DNA from: Clostridia bacterium
GTDB lineage: Bacteria; Bacillota; Clostridia; TANB77; CAG-508
Length of the DNA stretch: 50,444 nt
Direction: 5' to 3'
NCBI GenBank assembly: GCA_022790685.1
Contig: JAAVXQ010000063.1
Location: forward strand, 1-50,444
A program made the position numbers and the translations under genes. Of this stretch, positions 47,902 to 50,444 are shown piece by piece; within the stretch, counting starts at the first letter, position 1, and each line of letters opens with the position of its first letter. The notes beneath the pieces were generated by a model. It was not told the DNA's origin. It saw only the letters and a program-made list of their open reading frames with translations, and did not search any database.

Positions 47902-47930
47902 TTGACATATTAAGAAAAATCTTATATTAT
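47902..47930 (+). promoter_or_regulatory. Sigma-A promoter of soj-spo0J
   Basis: TTGACA (47902-47907), a 17-nt spacer, then TATTAT (47925-47930). Confidence 0.6.
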
Positions 47931-47958
47931 TATTAAGTAAAAAAAGGAGGGATATTTC

Positions 47959-48750
47959 TTGAGTAGAGTAATAGCTATAGCAAATCAAAAAGGTGGAGTA
48001 GGAAAGACAACAACAGCAGTTAATTTAAGTACTATTCTTGCGAAAAAAGGAAAAAGAGTAATGTTAATAGATGGTGATCCACAAGGAAATGCAAGTAGTG
48101 GACTAGGAATAGAGAAGGAAGTAGAATATTCTTTATATGATGTGTTAATAAATGAAGTTGACATAAACAAAACTCTTAAAGATACTTGCGTAAAATCTCT
48201 AAAAGTATGTCCTTCTAATATGGATCTTGCTGGTGCTGAGGTAGAACTTGTTACACAAATGTCAAGAGAGCAGAGATTGAAAGAAAAAATTGATATAATA
48301 AGAGATGAATATGATTTTATAATAATTGATTGTCCACCATCTTTAGGATTGATAACTCTTAATGCTTTTACAGCATCAGATTCTGTGCTAATTCCAGTAC
48401 AATGTGAATATTATGCTCTTGAAGGATTAGGACAATTATTAAATACAATTAATTTAGTCAAAAAACATTTAAATAAAAATTTAGAAATAGAAGGAGCTGT
48501 TCTTACAATGTATGATATAAGAACTAATCTTTCTAATCAAGTAGTTAAAGAAGTAAAAAGATATTTTGAAGATAAAGTATATAAAACTGTTATTCCTAGA
48601 AATATAAAACTTAGTGAAGCTCCAAGTTTTGGAATGCCAATATCGCTATATGATCCAAAGTCAAAGGGTGCAAGATGCTATGAAAAACTAGCAAAAGAAG
48701 TAATAAAAGAGGAAGATGCAAGAACTATAAGTAAAAAGGAGGAAAAGTAA
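47959..48750 (+). CDS. soj: Chromosome partitioning ATPase ParA/Soj
   Basis: IAIANQKGGVGKTTTAVNL (deviant Walker A), IIIDCPPSLG. TTG start with an AAAGGAGGG SD. Confidence 0.9.
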   Translation: MSRVIAIANQKGGVGKTTTAVNLSTILAKKGKRVMLIDGDPQGNASSGLGIEKEVEYSLYDVLINEVDINKTLKDTCVKSLKVCPSNMDLAGAEVELVTQMSREQRLKEKIDIIRDEYDFIIIDCPPSLGLITLNAFTASDSVLIPVQCEYYALEGLGQLLNTINLVKKHLNKNLEIEGAVLTMYDIRTNLSNQVVKEVKRYFEDKVYKTVIPRNIKLSEAPSFGMPISLYDPKSKGARCYEKLAKEVIKEEDARTISKKEEK

Positions 48751-48751
48751 T

Positions 48752-49594
48752 ATGGCTAAAAAAACAGGGCTTGGAAAAGGTTTAGACGCATTATTTTCTA
48801 CACCAATATTAGAAGAAAAAATACAAGTAGGCGAAAATGTACAAAGATTAAAACTAAATGAAATAGAACCAAATAAAGAACAAGCTAGGAAAATTTTTGA
48901 TGAAGAAGCAATAGAAGAATTAGCAAGTTCAATTAAGGAATATGGAGTAATCCAACCAATAATAGTAACTAAAAAAGATAATTTTTATGAGATAATTGCT
49001 GGAGAAAGAAGATGGAGAGCTTCTAAAAAGGCAGGAATGGAAGATATACCAGCAATAGTAAGAGAAGATGATGAAAAGAGAAATAAGGAAATTTCTTTAA
49101 TAGAAAATATACAAAGAGAAGATTTAAATCCAATAGAGAAAGCAAAAGGAATAAGAATGCTTATGGATGAATATAATCTTACTCAACAAAACGTTGCAGA
49201 TATGCTAGGAAAGAGCAGAAGTAGTATTGCAAATACAGTAAGAATATTAAATTTAGACGAAAGAGTAATAGAAATGGTACTTCAGGGTAAACTAACAGAA
49301 GGACACTGCAAATCATTAATGTCTATAGACGATAAAGAAAGACAATATAAGATGGCTAATTATATTATTGAATCAGGGGATTCTGTGAGAGAAGCTGAAA
49401 AAAAGATGAAAACACGTAAAAAAGTAAGCAAAAAGCAAGATAGATATATACCAATATATAGAGATATTGAAGATTCTTTTCAGAGTTTTTTTGGAACAAA
49501 AGTAAAATTAGATGCAGGTGAAAAAAGAGGAAAAATCATAATACAATATACATCAAATGATGATTTGGAGCGAATTTTAGGATTAATAAAGTAA
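48752..49594 (+). CDS. spo0J: Chromosome partitioning protein ParB/Spo0J
   Basis: IEPNKEQARKIFDEEAIEELASSIKEYGVIQPIIV, IIAGERRWRASK, HTH LTQQNVADMLGKSRSSIANTVRIL. Confidence 0.9.
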   Translation: MAKKTGLGKGLDALFSTPILEEKIQVGENVQRLKLNEIEPNKEQARKIFDEEAIEELASSIKEYGVIQPIIVTKKDNFYEIIAGERRWRASKKAGMEDIPAIVREDDEKRNKEISLIENIQREDLNPIEKAKGIRMLMDEYNLTQQNVADMLGKSRSSIANTVRILNLDERVIEMVLQGKLTEGHCKSLMSIDDKERQYKMANYIIESGDSVREAEKKMKTRKKVSKKQDRYIPIYRDIEDSFQSFFGTKVKLDAGEKRGKIIIQYTSNDDLERILGLIK

Positions 49595-49606
49595 GGGTGT
49601 GAAAAA

Positions 49607-50128
49607 ATGGAAAATATCTTAGAGATTATTAAGACAGATGAATTTATACTTATGTCCTTTATACTTAATATATTATTTATTATACTAGTAATGATAAATA
49701 TTTATTTTAATATAAAGGCAAAAAGAAAATATTTAGACTTTATGACAAAATTAGGAAAAGGTCAAGACATTGATGCTATGCTAAAAAAATATGTTAATGA
49801 CGTAAGAGAAATAAAGAAAGATAATGATGAAATAAAAGCATACTATATTAAACTTGATAAAGATATATCATCATGTATACAGAAAACAGGGCTTGTAAGA
49901 TATAATGCATTTCAAGATGTAGGAAGCGATTTAAGTTTTGCAATAGCATTATTAGACAGAGAAAACAACGGAGTTGTATTAAATGGATTATATGGTTCTG
50001 AATCATCAAATATTTATGCAAAGCCAATAAAAAACGGAAAATCAAGTTACCAATTATCAGATGAAGAACAATATGCTTTGGAAATAGCAGAACAAAATAA
50101 AAACTTTTATGCAAAACATAAAAATTAA
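49607..50128 (+). CDS. DUF4446 family protein
   Basis: N-terminal TM helix then GLVRYNAFQDVGSDLSFAIALLDRENNGVVLNGLY. Usual position after spo0J in Firmicutes. Confidence 0.7.
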   Translation: MENILEIIKTDEFILMSFILNILFIILVMINIYFNIKAKRKYLDFMTKLGKGQDIDAMLKKYVNDVREIKKDNDEIKAYYIKLDKDISSCIQKTGLVRYNAFQDVGSDLSFAIALLDRENNGVVLNGLYGSESSNIYAKPIKNGKSSYQLSDEEQYALEIAEQNKNFYAKHKN

Positions 50129-50156
50129 AATACTCAAATTTTGAGTATTTTTTTAT
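50127..50156 (+). terminator. Terminator after the DUF4446 gene
   Basis: Stem aatactcaa / ttgagtatt followed by a T-run. Confidence 0.65.
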
Positions 50157-50305
50157 TTATATAAATTTATAAAATAAAGCATGAGAATTAAAAATAAGAG
50201 ACTTTTTTATAAAAATAGTAATAGTATATTGTAATAAATTAAAACTTATTATATTTTATTATGGCTATAATTTAGCATAAAGTGCTATTTACAAATATAT
50301 ATATA

Positions 50306-50444
50306 AATAATAAATAGAAAATAAATAATAAAAAATAAATAATAAAAATAAATAATAAAAATAAATAATAAAAATAAATAATAAAAATAAATAATAAAAA
50401 TAAATAATAAAAATAAATAATAAATAATAAATAATAAAAAAATA
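50306..50444. repeat. A/T-only tandem repeat (13-nt unit about 8 times, then 7-nt unit) running to the window end
   Basis: Unit ataaataataaaa repeated head-to-tail from about 50317, degenerating to aataaat x3 near 50420-50440. Confidence 0.8.

Noticed and set aside
50306-50444. Possible CRISPR array or minisatellite-encoded feature.
   Set aside because: The units are 13 and 7 nt, contiguous, without spacers, and made only of A and T. There are no cas genes. This is a simple tandem repeat.

Overview
AT-rich (hand counts of 60-nt samples mostly 17-35% G+C) chromosomal replication-origin region of an endospore-forming, Clostridia-like Firmicute. The right third is the canonical oriC neighbourhood. 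dnaA-dnaN-recF-remB-gyrB lie on the minus strand, a bipartite DnaA-box/AT-rich oriC flanks dnaA (39.1-39.4 kb and 40.8-41.1 kb), and rpmH-rnpA-yidD-yidC-jag-mnmE-mnmG-rsmG-soj-spo0J-DUF4446 lie on the plus strand. The left third is housekeeping: prfA, a yhaO/yhaN-like nuclease pair, a cbpA-like J protein, yqeK, ddl, murF-like, ypeB, ugtP-like, recR-ybaB-dnaX, SRP RNA and tadA. Four things are not ordinary. (i) A minimal, relaxase-less type IV secretion (T4SS)-like gene set is split into two convergent halves by dnaD-dnaI-gyrA and physically separates gyrB from gyrA. One half holds a VirD4-like coupling protein plus VirB2-like, VirB6-like and VirB3/PrgI-like genes. The other holds a VirB4-like gene, a TadZ/CpaE-like pseudo-receiver ATPase and an unknown 241-aa protein. 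Several of these genes are frameshifted, interrupted by in-frame stops, or lack a canonical start codon. (ii) A second, orphan VirD4/TraG-type coupling-protein operon (3.7-6.8 kb) is broken by one extra base inside its Walker A codons. (iii) A two-gene cassette (NAD-kinase-like plus beta-class DNA-methyltransferase-like) has foreign codon usage and a DILY catalytic motif, and sits next to tRNA-Arg(CCU). (iv) A 23-nt non-palindromic parS-like sequence occurs twice in opposite orientations. I saw no CRISPR array, integrase, transposase, relaxase or rRNA. All homology calls come from reading the translations by eye; none was checked against a database.
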